Positions 20,047-30,482 are shown, counted from the stretch's first letter. The stretch is 64,000 nucleotides of DNA from Fimbriimonadia bacterium (GCA_041483895.1 JBGPGO010000015.1:29028-93027); one strand, 5' to 3'. Notes: generated by a model not told the origin, from the sequence alone. Program-made: numbers and translations.

Positions 20047-21051
20047 ATGAAACGTTGTTGCGCACTGATTCTGCTGATCGCCCTGATCGGCTGTGGTCCC
20101 AAATCGGAAGACAAGGCGTCGTCCGACGGCGGCAAGAAGATTGTCATCGCCCTGCTGCCCAAAAAGAAGGGTGTTCCCTACTTTACCAGTTGCGACAAAG
20201 GCGCTGAGGAGGCCGCAAAGGAGCTGGGCGACGTGGAGCTGATCTACGACGGCCCGACGGACGGTTCACCAGAAAAGGCGGCCTCGATGATCGAGCAGTG
20301 GACCCTTAAGAAGGTAGACGTGATCGCGGTCTCGCCAAACGACGCCAGCGTGGTCGGTCCGGCAATGAAGGCGGCCCGCGCGAAGGGCATCCACGTTATC
20401 ACTTGGGACGCCGACGCGGCGCGGGATACGAGAGAAATGATGGTCAACCAAGGCACCGCCAAAGAGATCGGATACAAGCTGGTAGACGTGATGGCCCAAG
20501 ACCTGGGTGGGGACGGGGCCTCCGGAGATGTGGCAATCGTCACGGCGGCAATTACCGCGCCAAACCAGACCGAATGGATCAAGTACATGAAGGAGCGATT
20601 GCCAAACTATCCCGGGCTGAAGCTGGTCGATGTCAAGGCCTCGAACGAGGATCAGAAGCTCGCCTTTACCGTCACGCAGGACCTGATGAAGGCCTACCCA
20701 AACATCAAAGGGATTTTCGCCATCAGCTCCACGGCGTTCCCCGGCGCGGCGGAAGCCATCAAGCAGAGCGGGATGAGCGGCAAAGTGATGGTCACCGGCC
20801 TATCCACACCAAATGACATGCGCCAAGCGGTGAAGGACGGAACTGTCAAGTCGGTCGTGCTATGGAAGACCGAGGACCTCGGTTATCTGACCGTCATGGT
20901 AGCCCATGCGCTGGCAAAAGGCGATCTGACGCCCGAAGCCACAACATTCCACGCAGGCCGCCTGGGCGACCGGAAAATCGAGGGAGACAACGTTCTGCTG
21001 GGGGACCTGTTGGTGTTCACGAAGGACAATATAGACAACTATAAGTTCTGA
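20047..21051 (+). CDS. Sugar ABC substrate-binding lipoprotein (RhaS/LsrB-like)
   Basis: Lipobox LIGC; PK..GVPYF, IAVSPND, VITWDAD, VTGLSTPN, LW..EDLGY. Confidence 0.85.
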   Translation: MKRCCALILLIALIGCGPKSEDKASSDGGKKIVIALLPKKKGVPYFTSCDKGAEEAAKELGDVELIYDGPTDGSPEKAASMIEQWTLKKVDVIAVSPNDASVVGPAMKAARAKGIHVITWDADAARDTREMMVNQGTAKEIGYKLVDVMAQDLGGDGASGDVAIVTAAITAPNQTEWIKYMKERLPNYPGLKLVDVKASNEDQKLAFTVTQDLMKAYPNIKGIFAISSTAFPGAAEAIKQSGMSGKVMVTGLSTPNDMRQAVKDGTVKSVVLWKTEDLGYLTVMVAHALAKGDLTPEATTFHAGRLGDRKIEGDNVLLGDLLVFTKDNIDNYKF

Positions 21052-21074
21052 TCGAGCTTTTCCGCAATTATAAG

Positions 21075-21103
21075 AAAACGAGGGGCACCTAACGTGCCCC
21101 TCG
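21075..21103 (-). terminator. Hairpin terminator between convergent genes
   Basis: CGAGGGGCAC-ctaac-GTGCCCCTCG with an A-tract on the left (U-tract on the minus strand). Confidence 0.65.
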
Positions 21104-21131
21104 CTTGCATTCAACTGTCTTTCTCGAGTAC

Positions 21132-21872
21132 TTACTTCCGTCGTCGGCGAAGGCCGAAGAACCCAGCAAGCCCCATCCCGATCGCCGCAAACGTACTTGG
21201 CTCGGGAGACATGTAGATGTCGGCATCGAAGTTGGCGACCGGCGCGCCACCGAAGAAGTAGTAGCCCGGAAACCCGCCGCCGTTCAGGTCGTACCAATAG
21301 TCATGGCTAAAGCCCGTAATCGGAAAGTCCGCCAAGATCCAGCCGGCGGTTGTGCTGCCACCTATTGACCAATCGAGGCACATCCATATATCAGAACCGG
21401 CGGCGAATTCGAAGCCGGTAAGATCTACGGTTATGTTCCACAAACCCGCACCGGGCAGCCCAATGCCGTAGGCAGCGAGCAACGGATTGCCGCCTCCGGG
21501 AGGTGCATCGCCGCCGCCAACGTTGTCGAAGAAGCCGACTGCAACGGCCTTCGTGCCGACACCAGTGAGCGGATCGCCCGGATCATAGTAGCTGAAGCGG
21601 AAGCCGTTCACCGAGCCGCCGGTCGTCATGTGAAGATCATCGCAAACGACCGACGAGAACGGAGTTCCGAAGCTATTTGCCGGGAAGTAGAATGTAGGAA
21701 AAGCGCCCGTCGAATAGGCTGTAACCGGTCCTAATTCCTGCGACGCGCCGCCCGACACGGAATAGTGATATTGCTGCTGAACGCCGCTTACGGTCCCAGG
21801 ACCGCCGGCATTCGTTTGCCCAAAGCCAAACGCCGCAGCGGCGACGGCCAAGAGCGAGAGAGAAATGCGCAT
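21132..21872 (-). CDS. PEP-CTERM sorting-domain surface protein
   Basis: Signal peptide; C-terminal SPEPSTFAAIGMGLAGFFGLRRRRK; AAGGAG RBS. Confidence 0.9.
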   Translation of the reverse strand: MRISLSLLAVAAAAFGFGQTNAGGPGTVSGVQQQYHYSVSGGASQELGPVTAYSTGAFPTFYFPANSFGTPFSSVVCDDLHMTTGGSVNGFRFSYYDPGDPLTGVGTKAVAVGFFDNVGGGDAPPGGGNPLLAAYGIGLPGAGLWNITVDLTGFEFAAGSDIWMCLDWSIGGSTTAGWILADFPITGFSHDYWYDLNGGGFPGYYFFGGAPVANFDADIYMSPEPSTFAAIGMGLAGFFGLRRRRK

Positions 21873-22181
21873 TACGTATCTCCTTTTGTCCGCATATCTC
21901 ATCCAGCGTGAGAATCAAGTAAGCCATCCAGCGAACTAGGAGAACATGAAAAGCGATTGGATTGTACAGTAGATTTATCCGTATGGCAAGGACTTTATTA
22001 AGATTTTCTTATGTTTGTAGGCTAGCTCTCAAATTTCGCCCGTACTTCAGCCCTCAATGGGGACAGCATGACATCGCCAGCCGCCCTCGGGAACAATCTT
22101 GGCCATCCCCCTTGGCCGTGACGGAGGGAACCTGCGGCCACGCATAGAATTCTGGATGAAAACAGCGCAGGTGGCAAACGA

Positions 22182-23282
22182 ATGAATGCGATGATTGTTG
22201 CGCTCGGGGTCGCCGCGATGGCGAACGCGAACGGAGGGGAGCTTTGGGGAATTATGCCTGACGGAAAGCTTGCTCACATGTACTCTTTGGACAACGGAAC
22301 CGGTTTGCGAGCGAAGATCACAGACTATGGCGCCACGCTCGTAAGCCTGGAATCAAAAGACCGGGCGGGCACATTCACCGATATCGTTCTCGGCTTCAAC
22401 GAGCTGGACCAGTATCGGAAGGATTCGCCCTATTTCGGCGCCATCGTCGGCCGGTACGGGAACCGGATCGCTCATGGAAGGTTCCGATTGGACGGCAAGG
22501 AGTACAAGCTCGCCACAAACAACAACCCCGGCGAAATCCCGTGCAGCCTGCACGGCGGCAACATCGGCTTCGACAAGGTTCTCTGGACCGCAAAAGAGAT
22601 TGGCAAAAACGCCCTGCAGCTGACATACGTGAGCAAGGATGGCGAGGAGGGCTATCCGGGCACGCTGAAAGTTACGGTCACCTACACACTGACACCTGCG
22701 AATGCCCTTCGCATCGAGTACAAAGCGACCGCAGATAGGGCCACGCCGATCAACCTCACTCATCACAGCTACTTCAACCTGAAGGGAGAAGGCGACGGCG
22801 ACATTCTCGACCATGAGCTGATGCTGAACGCCAAGAAGATGACGCCGATAGACATTGGGTTGATCCCAACCGGAAGCATCACTTCGGTCAAGGGTACACC
22901 GTTCGACTTCACATCGCCGCACCGGATTGGTGAACGCGTGGAAGCCAAGAACAAGCAGATTGAATATGGCAAGGGCTATGACCACAATTGGGTGATCAAT
23001 GGCGCGCCGGGCAAGATTCGTTTGGCCGCGAGGGCAAGCGAACCCAATTCCGGCCGCGTCATGGAAGTCTGGACCGACCAACCGGGCATCCAGTTCTATT
23101 GCGGCAACTTCTTGGACGGCAAGATCGGCAAATCCGCCAAGCCCTATCCGTTCCGCAGCGGCTTCTGCCTGGAGACCCAGCACTATCCCGATTCGCCCAA
23201 CCACAAGAACTTTCCGTCAACGATTCTGCGTCCGGGAAAGACCTACCACACCGTTACAGAGTATCGATTTTCTGCGAAATAA
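22182..23282 (+). CDS. galM: Aldose 1-epimerase (galactose mutarotase), with signal peptide
   Basis: GRYGNRI, LHGG, GEEGYPG, NLTHHSYFNL, GYDHNW, GFCLETQHYPDSPN. Confidence 0.92.
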   Translation: MNAMIVALGVAAMANANGGELWGIMPDGKLAHMYSLDNGTGLRAKITDYGATLVSLESKDRAGTFTDIVLGFNELDQYRKDSPYFGAIVGRYGNRIAHGRFRLDGKEYKLATNNNPGEIPCSLHGGNIGFDKVLWTAKEIGKNALQLTYVSKDGEEGYPGTLKVTVTYTLTPANALRIEYKATADRATPINLTHHSYFNLKGEGDGDILDHELMLNAKKMTPIDIGLIPTGSITSVKGTPFDFTSPHRIGERVEAKNKQIEYGKGYDHNWVINGAPGKIRLAARASEPNSGRVMEVWTDQPGIQFYCGNFLDGKIGKSAKPYPFRSGFCLETQHYPDSPNHKNFPSTILRPGKTYHTVTEYRFSAK

Positions 23283-23289
23283 TCGATCG

Positions 23290-23499
23290 CTATCGGAATC
23301 GGCCCTCTTCCCCCTTCGGCAATCCCGGCGGATGGCGTTCTTGTTGGGGCGGGCCGCCCTTTGGGGGAGGAGCATCCTTTACGCCGGGATTCGGCTCGCC
23401 ACAGCCCATCAGGAAGGTGAGGAAGAAGAGTAGAAGAACCCCCACCCTCACCCTCCCCCGCAAGCGGGGGAGGGGATATTTTAATAATGACGATCGCAT
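23290..23499 (-). CDS. Small Pro/Gly-rich lipoprotein downstream of a prepilin-type gene
   Basis: MRSSLLKYPLPRLRGRVRVGVLLLFFLTFLMGC lipobox; lies just after the stop of the DUF1559-like gene. Confidence 0.55.
   Translation of the reverse strand: MRSSLLKYPLPRLRGRVRVGVLLLFFLTFLMGCGEPNPGVKDAPPPKGGPPQQERHPPGLPKGEEGRFR
23433..23475. repeat. REP-like palindrome, same family as 16953-17032
   Basis: GAAGAACCCCCACCCTCACCCTCCCCCGCAAGCGGGGGAGGGG; shares GAAGAACCCCCACCC with the ABC insertion (reverse strand). Confidence 0.75.
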
Positions 23500-23519
23500 C
23501 GTCAAGCGCCTCGAGTACC

Positions 23520-24344
23520 TCACGTCCTCCCCCAAAACTTGCCCCACGGCAAATGGCCCTTCGTCTCCAGCCATGTGCAGTACGAATCCCACGTCGGCGC
23601 CTCGTTCCAATCCACGAAATCGGCCCGCTTGATCTTCCCAGCGCTGCCATCCGCGCGCGCGACAGGGATCGAATCGCCCGCGTAGGAAAAGCGCGTGTCC
23701 CAGATCAGGTTGTACCAACTCCACGTGCCGGCAGTCTTGGACGGATCGAGCCAGTTGGATTGATAGGCGCGAATGTAGTACCAACCCACGTTCGTGCCGC
23801 CCCAAATGGTGGGAACGAACGCCACCCGTTGGGATATATCCTCCAGCTTGCTCAGCTTGCGACCATAGATAAACCGCCAATTTCCGCCCCGGCACCCGCC
23901 GTCCGTAACCCAAGATCCGGCGAAACCTGAATCGTTGATCGCGAAGGTCGTGATCTGCGACCAGTGGTAACTGCCATACGTGTCCTGTTTCAGCACCAAC
24001 CGCGTCGGGTCCCAGAAAATGTCGCGGCTCTTGGCATACGGGGTGAGCAACTCGGACCAGATCGGATGCTGGAACCAATTCGTGTCCGTGATCACGATGC
24101 CGTCGTTGTTGTCACCGGCGTATAGATGGTTGGCCAACCCTACTTGCTTGATCTGTGCCAGAGCCGCTGTCGTCCGCCCGCTCTTCCGCGCCATCCCAAA
24201 GACGGGAAAAAGGATCGCCGCCAACAGCGCGATAATGCCGATCACCACTAACAGTTCGATGAGAGTGAAGCCTTTGCGGCGTTGGTTTACCGCGATACTA
24301 TGCCGCCACATATCGTTGGTGTCTTTTGCCATATCAATGATCAT
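23520..24344 (-). CDS. Prepilin-type N-terminal cleavage/methylation domain protein (DUF1559-like)
   Basis: KGFTLIELLVVIGIIALLAAILFPVF; C-terminal ADG; start codon uncertain. Confidence 0.85.
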   Translation of the reverse strand: MIIDMAKDTNDMWRHSIAVNQRRKGFTLIELLVVIGIIALLAAILFPVFGMARKSGRTTAALAQIKQVGLANHLYAGDNNDGIVITDTNWFQHPIWSELLTPYAKSRDIFWDPTRLVLKQDTYGSYHWSQITTFAINDSGFAGSWVTDGGCRGGNWRFIYGRKLSKLEDISQRVAFVPTIWGGTNVGWYYIRAYQSNWLDPSKTAGTWSWYNLIWDTRFSYAGDSIPVARADGSAGKIKRADFVDWNEAPTWDSYCTWLETKGHLPWGKFWGRT

Positions 24345-24354
24345 CCATGAATTT

Positions 24355-24975
24355 TCACCTTTTCAGTTCCGAACTGAACCGGCGTTCCATCCATTCTGTA
24401 AGGCGAAGTATTGCCCGTATCTCTTCGAGAGAACCGCCGAAATCGTGATCCGTATGGACATGGAAAACCCTTTTCCCATAGCGCAGATTGTCGAGGGCGT
24501 TGAGAATTGAGCCGGGAAATTTGAAATCGACACACATGTCACCATCTTCCTTTGGCCCAACAAATATAAGATCGTATGGTTGCGCCTCTCCAGGTCTGAG
24601 CGTGTAACTGGGTTGAATGGATCCTCCCTTTGCCAATTGAGCCTGGGCAGCAGCAGAGAACTGCAGAACGATTCCGTTCTGGCAACCAGGAATCACCTCT
24701 TCCGGTCGGAATGTGAAAGGGACCCGCGTCGCGTTATTTGCGACCATTACTTTAATCAGATAATAGGCAGTGCCTTCCGCAGGTGTGAGCGCTCCCATGT
24801 GATCCGTCTGAACCGCCTGGATCACCGTGTAGTCAACATCACCGAAGCGCAAGAAGCTTCCTGCGGGGACGCTCGCTGTCCGCTTCGAAAGCCCACAATA
24901 GACGATCCAACCGCTGAGAATAACAAGGGCGCAAGTCGCAAACGCCGCGAACCAGTTTCGGCTATGTCTCCTCAT
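24355..24975 (-). CDS. Hypothetical membrane-anchored protein (DUF4352-like Ig fold possible)
   Basis: N-terminal TM; YYLIKVMVANN...LRPGEAQPYDLIF pattern. Confidence 0.5.
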   Translation of the reverse strand: MRRHSRNWFAAFATCALVILSGWIVYCGLSKRTASVPAGSFLRFGDVDYTVIQAVQTDHMGALTPAEGTAYYLIKVMVANNATRVPFTFRPEEVIPGCQNGIVLQFSAAAQAQLAKGGSIQPSYTLRPGEAQPYDLIFVGPKEDGDMCVDFKFPGSILNALDNLRYGKRVFHVHTDHDFGGSLEEIRAILRLTEWMERRFSSELKR

Positions 24976-25017
24976 AACATCAAATATCGGCCGGAAAAGC
25001 GCAGTTTGTTCCCAATG

Positions 25018-28000
25018 TCATTCAAATTGGACCGTCAGCGCCTGCCCGGCGTCAATCCGCCGCCCTCCCTGTAAATCCAAAACGATGCGATTTCCTTCCT
25101 GAGTATGTGTGAACGGGAGAGCGAGTTTATCCAAACTGACGGTAATCTGCTTCGGCGCGCCGGCAACCTCTAACGCAACAGTATTGACGTGGAGGCTGCC
25201 ATGCCGGACAAGTATTTTCGCGTGCATCTTTTTCCCTGTCCTCTGTTGGCCAAAAGTCCCCCATCCTTCCGCTGCCGTGAAAGGCGCCCTAAAATTATTC
25301 GGCGTCATGCGCGGAGCGAATTCGATATGACCCTTGGGGCCGTCATACTCAAACCCGCAGGCGCCCAGGAAAACACCATACGATGCCATCGCGCGCGCAT
25401 AGTGGTCGCTGCATTCAATTTCGTTGTATGGGTTGCGCCGTTCGCCGGAATAGCGATCGTGAATCGTGCGAGTAATAGTAAGTCCGTCCTGGACCAACCC
25501 CTCATACATCATGTTCGCCGCGACCTGATACTCGAATCCGGTCATGCACTCATTGAAGTAGCCGACGACAAAATTGGCCGGGTCCGTTCCGCCTGCCTTG
25601 TCTCCGCCACCATGCGGGAAGGTGGTCATCAGCAGGCCCGGTTCGCCCGGGAGCGCGTACCAACGCCCGCCTTTGATCGGACTCTTATCCCGATAATTCC
25701 CGACGTCGGGCGCGTAATTATATCGATAAAGAGATTCCAGGGCTTTTTTGCAGTGCTCGACAGGAAAGACACGCGGAAGCCCCAATTGCCAAACCCAGCT
25801 TTGTCCGAAAACCTGATCGATATGGCAGCCCGTGTTGGTATTAATATGTTCCGGGTGATTTGGATCCGGTTTCTGGATGTAGTACTCTCCGTTCCAGAGC
25901 GTTTCATCGATCCCCTTCTTTCCTCGCTCGGCGATCTCCCTGCAGTTCTTCACAAAGTCCGCGTCTCCCACGTCGCGGGCCATCGCCTCGCCTGCCAGCA
26001 ACACCGCGACATACATACCGCTGATCCACGCGATCCGTCCGGTCCACACGGCATCCAGAGTATTCGGCTGATCCCCTTCCAAAATGCCATCAGAATTGCC
26101 GTCTTCATGTATCAGATATTCAATGGATTTTCTGATCTTTGTCCAATTGCGCCGCAAGAACTTATCGTCCGCAGACATAAGATGTTCCCGATAGGCGCGC
26201 AGGATCGTACCGCACTGCCCATCGGTCGCGGGCGCATCCCATGCCTCCGCGCGGTGCCCGATGAGTCCAGTATCGGGATGGAATGCTATTCCATAATCCA
26301 CCCTCTCGCGCGTATCACGTTCCAACTCCGGAAAGATCCGACCGACCGCCTGTGCATACTGCCATACGTGAGTGCATGTGCCTGCGCAACAGTATATGCC
26401 TTCGAATCCATAGAACCGTCCGTCATCAAAACGATTGCAGGTGGCGGATGCCAGAATGGACGTGTTGGCAAACGTACGATCCAGGAACCAATATGGCAGC
26501 GTGGAGTCATACCATGTATCGGTCCACTTCTTGGTGTCGCCTGCCAGCCGATCCATGTTCCTAATCACATATCGAGCGACATCCAATGCTGATTTGAATT
26601 TGACGGAATAATATCGCTTGAAGATATCATGCCTCTGTAGCTCGTGGAACAACGGTCGCAGCGGATTCGGGAAGTACCATGTGACAACAAAAGTGACAGT
26701 ATGCGTCGCACCGGGTTGCAGCTTAATCCGCTGTCCAACGGTATCCGCCATCTTGGCAGGAAACGGCAGGTCCGGAACGTGCTGCACCCAGCGATACGCC
26801 TCCGCCAGATCATCGCCCTCGGGATTGCACGGGCTGTCCCAACAGTCACCGTTTTCCATCATGGCCAGTCCCATCGATCCAAAATCCGATTCCTCTTCCA
26901 GCGCGATGGCCGGCCGGCGAGGATTATCGCTGAAAAAGATATCATCGAGCCCAATCTGCCCCCAGCCGCCCGTCTCCTGATCCAACACTTGCAGCACGCC
27001 GCTCTTTCCCATCCATTCGCGAACGTCCCACGACACGGGCCGCATCTCGTTAGAATTCCGTCCGGTCTCGGTTTTCACCACTTTTTCGTCAACGAGCAAA
27101 TTGATGCAGGTCTTGCCGGGATGATTTCCGCCGCCTAACAAAAAGGTAATGAAATTGCGCTCGATGGTGAACGGGCGACTCGTCAGGCTCCCAAGATGCG
27201 TATCGGCCTTCACCACATCCTCGCCATGCCGCGTGTTGTGGGTGTTGACAACCCACTTCCCTTTCCCATGCACGTCGCCCTGATATTCCGGCATCTTGGC
27301 GATCTCCACCGGCCCGGTCCCAAACGCGCTTCCTTCCACCGTCCAACCTTCGTAGGTCTCCTTCTCAAAATCCTCGAACAATACATCCGGCCGATCCGGT
27401 TCCTTCTCCGGCGAGGACTTCGCGGTCAAGTGCGCGCACCGAAATCCAGGTTCGTAAACCATCGCGTCATTCAATAACCCCGATCGCGTCTTGCGGCTAT
27501 TCAGACAAACGGCGTTCTCCATATAGCCGAACAGGTCCATGTCCACCATCTCTTTCGACCGGTTCTTGACGGTGTAGGACATGACGGTCGCGGGCAAGCC
27601 CGAATCGTCGGCGTTGAGCGGGATAAAAGGCGAGAATGCGGTCAACGAGACCTCGACGGGGCACTCCGCGTCGGCATACGTGACTGAAGCCATTGGGTAG
27701 CGCCCAACGAAGCGAACATCCTTGAATCCCCGCGCGTCCAAATGCCGATACACCCGCGCGCCGGCCTTCTCATACGTAATCCCAAACCCGTTCTTAAAAG
27801 GCGACGTGGGCTTCATCGGGTTCTTGTAGTTGAAACCGACGGTTATTGGCCCGATGTTGGAAGGCGCCGGCTGGTTGAACACATCCCAGAGCCATAGCCG
27901 CCCGTCGCCGCTGAAATAGAGTTGTCCTGTGCAGATGCCGCCAATGGGCATTCCTATCCGCTGCAGCGCCTCGCCGGTATAGGCGGTCGGCGCGCCGCGT

Positions 28001-28179
28001 TCGTACAAGGACTTGATCCATGCCGGGGAAAGCTTCTTATCGGCGGGGACCAGAACTGTGGGCTGCTGGCCGAGAATCGGCAAAAGGTTGAAGCTGCCCT
28101 TGGGGATGGCCAGTCCAGCGGCCCCAAGAGCGGTGAGCGACAAAAACTCTCGCCTAGATACTTCGTTGTCTTTTTTCAT
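25018..28179 (-). CDS. GH116-family glycoside hydrolase, Tat-exported
   Basis: SRREFL Tat motif; IGMPIGGICTG, SPFIPLN, YGFEG..CC.GTCTHVW, QPNTLD, RNPYNEIECSDHYARAMAS. Confidence 0.85.
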   Translation of the reverse strand: MKKDNEVSRREFLSLTALGAAGLAIPKGSFNLLPILGQQPTVLVPADKKLSPAWIKSLYERGAPTAYTGEALQRIGMPIGGICTGQLYFSGDGRLWLWDVFNQPAPSNIGPITVGFNYKNPMKPTSPFKNGFGITYEKAGARVYRHLDARGFKDVRFVGRYPMASVTYADAECPVEVSLTAFSPFIPLNADDSGLPATVMSYTVKNRSKEMVDMDLFGYMENAVCLNSRKTRSGLLNDAMVYEPGFRCAHLTAKSSPEKEPDRPDVLFEDFEKETYEGWTVEGSAFGTGPVEIAKMPEYQGDVHGKGKWVVNTHNTRHGEDVVKADTHLGSLTSRPFTIERNFITFLLGGGNHPGKTCINLLVDEKVVKTETGRNSNEMRPVSWDVREWMGKSGVLQVLDQETGGWGQIGLDDIFFSDNPRRPAIALEEESDFGSMGLAMMENGDCWDSPCNPEGDDLAEAYRWVQHVPDLPFPAKMADTVGQRIKLQPGATHTVTFVVTWYFPNPLRPLFHELQRHDIFKRYYSVKFKSALDVARYVIRNMDRLAGDTKKWTDTWYDSTLPYWFLDRTFANTSILASATCNRFDDGRFYGFEGIYCCAGTCTHVWQYAQAVGRIFPELERDTRERVDYGIAFHPDTGLIGHRAEAWDAPATDGQCGTILRAYREHLMSADDKFLRRNWTKIRKSIEYLIHEDGNSDGILEGDQPNTLDAVWTGRIAWISGMYVAVLLAGEAMARDVGDADFVKNCREIAERGKKGIDETLWNGEYYIQKPDPNHPEHINTNTGCHIDQVFGQSWVWQLGLPRVFPVEHCKKALESLYRYNYAPDVGNYRDKSPIKGGRWYALPGEPGLLMTTFPHGGGDKAGGTDPANFVVGYFNECMTGFEYQVAANMMYEGLVQDGLTITRTIHDRYSGERRNPYNEIECSDHYARAMASYGVFLGACGFEYDGPKGHIEFAPRMTPNNFRAPFTAAEGWGTFGQQRTGKKMHAKILVRHGSLHVNTVALEVAGAPKQITVSLDKLALPFTHTQEGNRIVLDLQGGRRIDAGQALTVQFE

Positions 28180-28260
28180 GGCTTGCCAATTGGTTCGAGC
28201 GAAAGCCGATAGGTTCCTGCCTCCCCAGCCGGTATAATTCCCGACCGTTAGGAGGCGGTA

Positions 28261-30174
28261 ATGCGACAACTCTTTATCCTTGTATGCATGGTCGGAACAA
28301 TGGCTTACTCACACATCAAACTCCCCGCAATCTTCGGCAACAACATGGTGCTCCAGCAAAAGGCCGTGGTCCCGATCTGGGGCACGAACCATCCCGGCGA
28401 GGAGGTCGTTGTGCACGGAAGCTGGGACAACAAGAAGGTTCGCGTGGTGGCGGGCCAAGACGGCAAATGGAAGCTGAAGATCCAAACGCCGGCGGCGGGC
28501 GGCCCATACGAGCTGACCGTCGATGGCGCTGATCCGGAAGATAAGACCGTGCTGCATAACGTGCTGATCGGCGAGGTGTGGGTCTGCAGCGGCCAGTCGA
28601 ATATGGAGTTCTCCATGAACCAAACCGACCACGCCGCGGAGGACATCGCCGCTGCAAAGTATCCCAACATTCGCCTCTTTACCGTCCAGAAAAACATGTC
28701 ACCAACCCCGCAAGCGGATTGCGTCGGCTCCTGGCAGCCCTGCTCCCCAGAAACCGTCCCCGGATTTTCCGCCGTCGCCTATTTCTTCGGCAAGAAGCTG
28801 CACCAAGAGATGAACGTCCCCATCGGCCTCATCCATACATCTTGGGGCGGTACCGAGGCCGAGCTGTGGACCAGCGAGGCGAAGCTAAAGACCCTTCCCG
28901 ACTTCCGCAATGCCCTGGCCAAAACCGGCGACGCCCAGCGCAAATACGAATCGGATATGAAGCAATGGCAAGAAAGTATCCATCATGCCGACGCGGGTTG
29001 GGACAAATGGAACAAGCCGAACGCGGATGACATCGACTGGAAAGCCGCCAAAGTTCCGGCCCAATGGGAGCAGACGGACCTTCCCAATTTCGATGGCATC
29101 GCCTGGTACCGAGCCACGTTCGCCGCGCCCGAAAGCTGGGCGGGCAAAGCCGTCACCCTGTCGCTTGGCCCCATCGACGATGAGGACATCACATGGGTGA
29201 ACGGACGTCAGGTCGGCGCGAACAACAATTTCCAGACCGTGCGCCAGTATGTCATCCCCGCCGGCGTCGTAAAGGCCGGACTCAACAGCGTTGCGGTCCG
29301 CGTGACCGATACCGGCGGCGCGGGCGGCATCTATGGTCTGCCGGAACAGATCTATGCCGAAATGGACAGCCGGCGTGTTGCGCTGACCGATTGGAAAATC
29401 AAGGTCGGCGCGGACAAGAAAGACCTGCCGCCCCTGCCGCAAGTGAGTGTGCGGCCCAATTCGCTCCTCTACAACGGCATGATCGCGCCGATTTTGCCCT
29501 ATGGAATCCGCGGCGCGATCTGGTACCAGGGCGAGTCCAACGTCGGCCGGGCCTATCAATATCGAACGCTCTTCCCCGCCATGATTGAAAACTGGCGCGA
29601 AGATTGGGGCGAAGGCGCCTTCCCGTTCTATTTCGTCCAGATCGCGCCGTTTGCCTATGGCGCTAACGACATGAGCGCGGAGCTTCGCGAAGCGCAGCTC
29701 CTGACGCTGAAACTGGCGAATACCGGCATGGCGGTTATCTCCGACGTGACGGGAAACGTGCAGGACATCCACCCGAAGGACAAGCGCGACGTGGGCGCGC
29801 GGCTGGCCCTTTGGGCGCTCGCTCAGACGTATGGAAAGAAAGGATTCGAGTATTCCGGTCCGCTGTACAAATCGTACAAGGTGGACGGCAATCGGATCAT
29901 TGTCACCTTCGATCACGCCGTAGGGCTTATGGCAAAGGGCGGCGCGCCGACTGGCTTCACCATCGCCGGGTCAGACAAGAAATTCGTCCCCGCACAGGCG
30001 GAAATTCATGGCGACACGGTCATCGTCACTTCTCCCAATGTGCCAAACGCCGCGGCCGTCCGCTTTAGCTGGTCCGACGCCGGGGTCCACAACCTGTGCA
30101 ACGCCGCCGGCCTCCCCGCCTCCCCATTCCGAACCGACACCTGGCCGGGCTTGACGGATGGGGTGAAGTGGTGA
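28261..30174 (+). CDS. Sialate O-acetylesterase (SASA domain) with an inserted sugar-binding domain
   Basis: GEVWVCSGQSNM, WGGT, IWYQGESN, DIHP, NAAGLPASPFRTD. Confidence 0.9.
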   Translation: MRQLFILVCMVGTMAYSHIKLPAIFGNNMVLQQKAVVPIWGTNHPGEEVVVHGSWDNKKVRVVAGQDGKWKLKIQTPAAGGPYELTVDGADPEDKTVLHNVLIGEVWVCSGQSNMEFSMNQTDHAAEDIAAAKYPNIRLFTVQKNMSPTPQADCVGSWQPCSPETVPGFSAVAYFFGKKLHQEMNVPIGLIHTSWGGTEAELWTSEAKLKTLPDFRNALAKTGDAQRKYESDMKQWQESIHHADAGWDKWNKPNADDIDWKAAKVPAQWEQTDLPNFDGIAWYRATFAAPESWAGKAVTLSLGPIDDEDITWVNGRQVGANNNFQTVRQYVIPAGVVKAGLNSVAVRVTDTGGAGGIYGLPEQIYAEMDSRRVALTDWKIKVGADKKDLPPLPQVSVRPNSLLYNGMIAPILPYGIRGAIWYQGESNVGRAYQYRTLFPAMIENWREDWGEGAFPFYFVQIAPFAYGANDMSAELREAQLLTLKLANTGMAVISDVTGNVQDIHPKDKRDVGARLALWALAQTYGKKGFEYSGPLYKSYKVDGNRIIVTFDHAVGLMAKGGAPTGFTIAGSDKKFVPAQAEIHGDTVIVTSPNVPNAAAVRFSWSDAGVHNLCNAAGLPASPFRTDTWPGLTDGVKW

Positions 30175-30194
30175 GACTTAGGATACAATGATTG

Positions 30195-30479
30195 ATGATG
30201 GAAATCAAAGTTTCGTACGATATCGAGCAGATCATAGCGGAAAAGGTGAACTCCGGTGAGTTTGAAACTCCGGAACAGGTTGTAGAGCGGGCGGTGCGGT
30301 TGCTTCATGAGCGGGACCGGGAAATGAAGAAAGAGCTTGAAGCACTCCTGCGGGAAATCCAAAAGGGCGTTGATGACATTGAATCCGGACACGGAATCGA
30401 ACTAACGGACGAGGTCTTTGAAGAAATCGTCCAAGAGGCGCGTGCGGAGTTGGTAGCCGAAAACCGTGAGTCAGCATAG
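30195..30479 (+). CDS. ParD-like antitoxin (RHH)
   Basis: KVNSGEFETPEQVVERAVRLL..LLREIQKGVDD; directly upstream of a ParE-like gene. Confidence 0.8.
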   Translation: MMEIKVSYDIEQIIAEKVNSGEFETPEQVVERAVRLLHERDREMKKELEALLREIQKGVDDIESGHGIELTDEVFEEIVQEARAELVAENRESA

Positions 30480-30482
30480 GTT

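Noticed and set aside
25189..26592. Long antisense ORFs (e.g. 25189-26592 +, 39384-40820 -, 28885-29916 -, 2360-3319 -)
   Set aside because: They shadow well-supported genes on the opposite strand, lack motifs, and are expected in high-GC DNA
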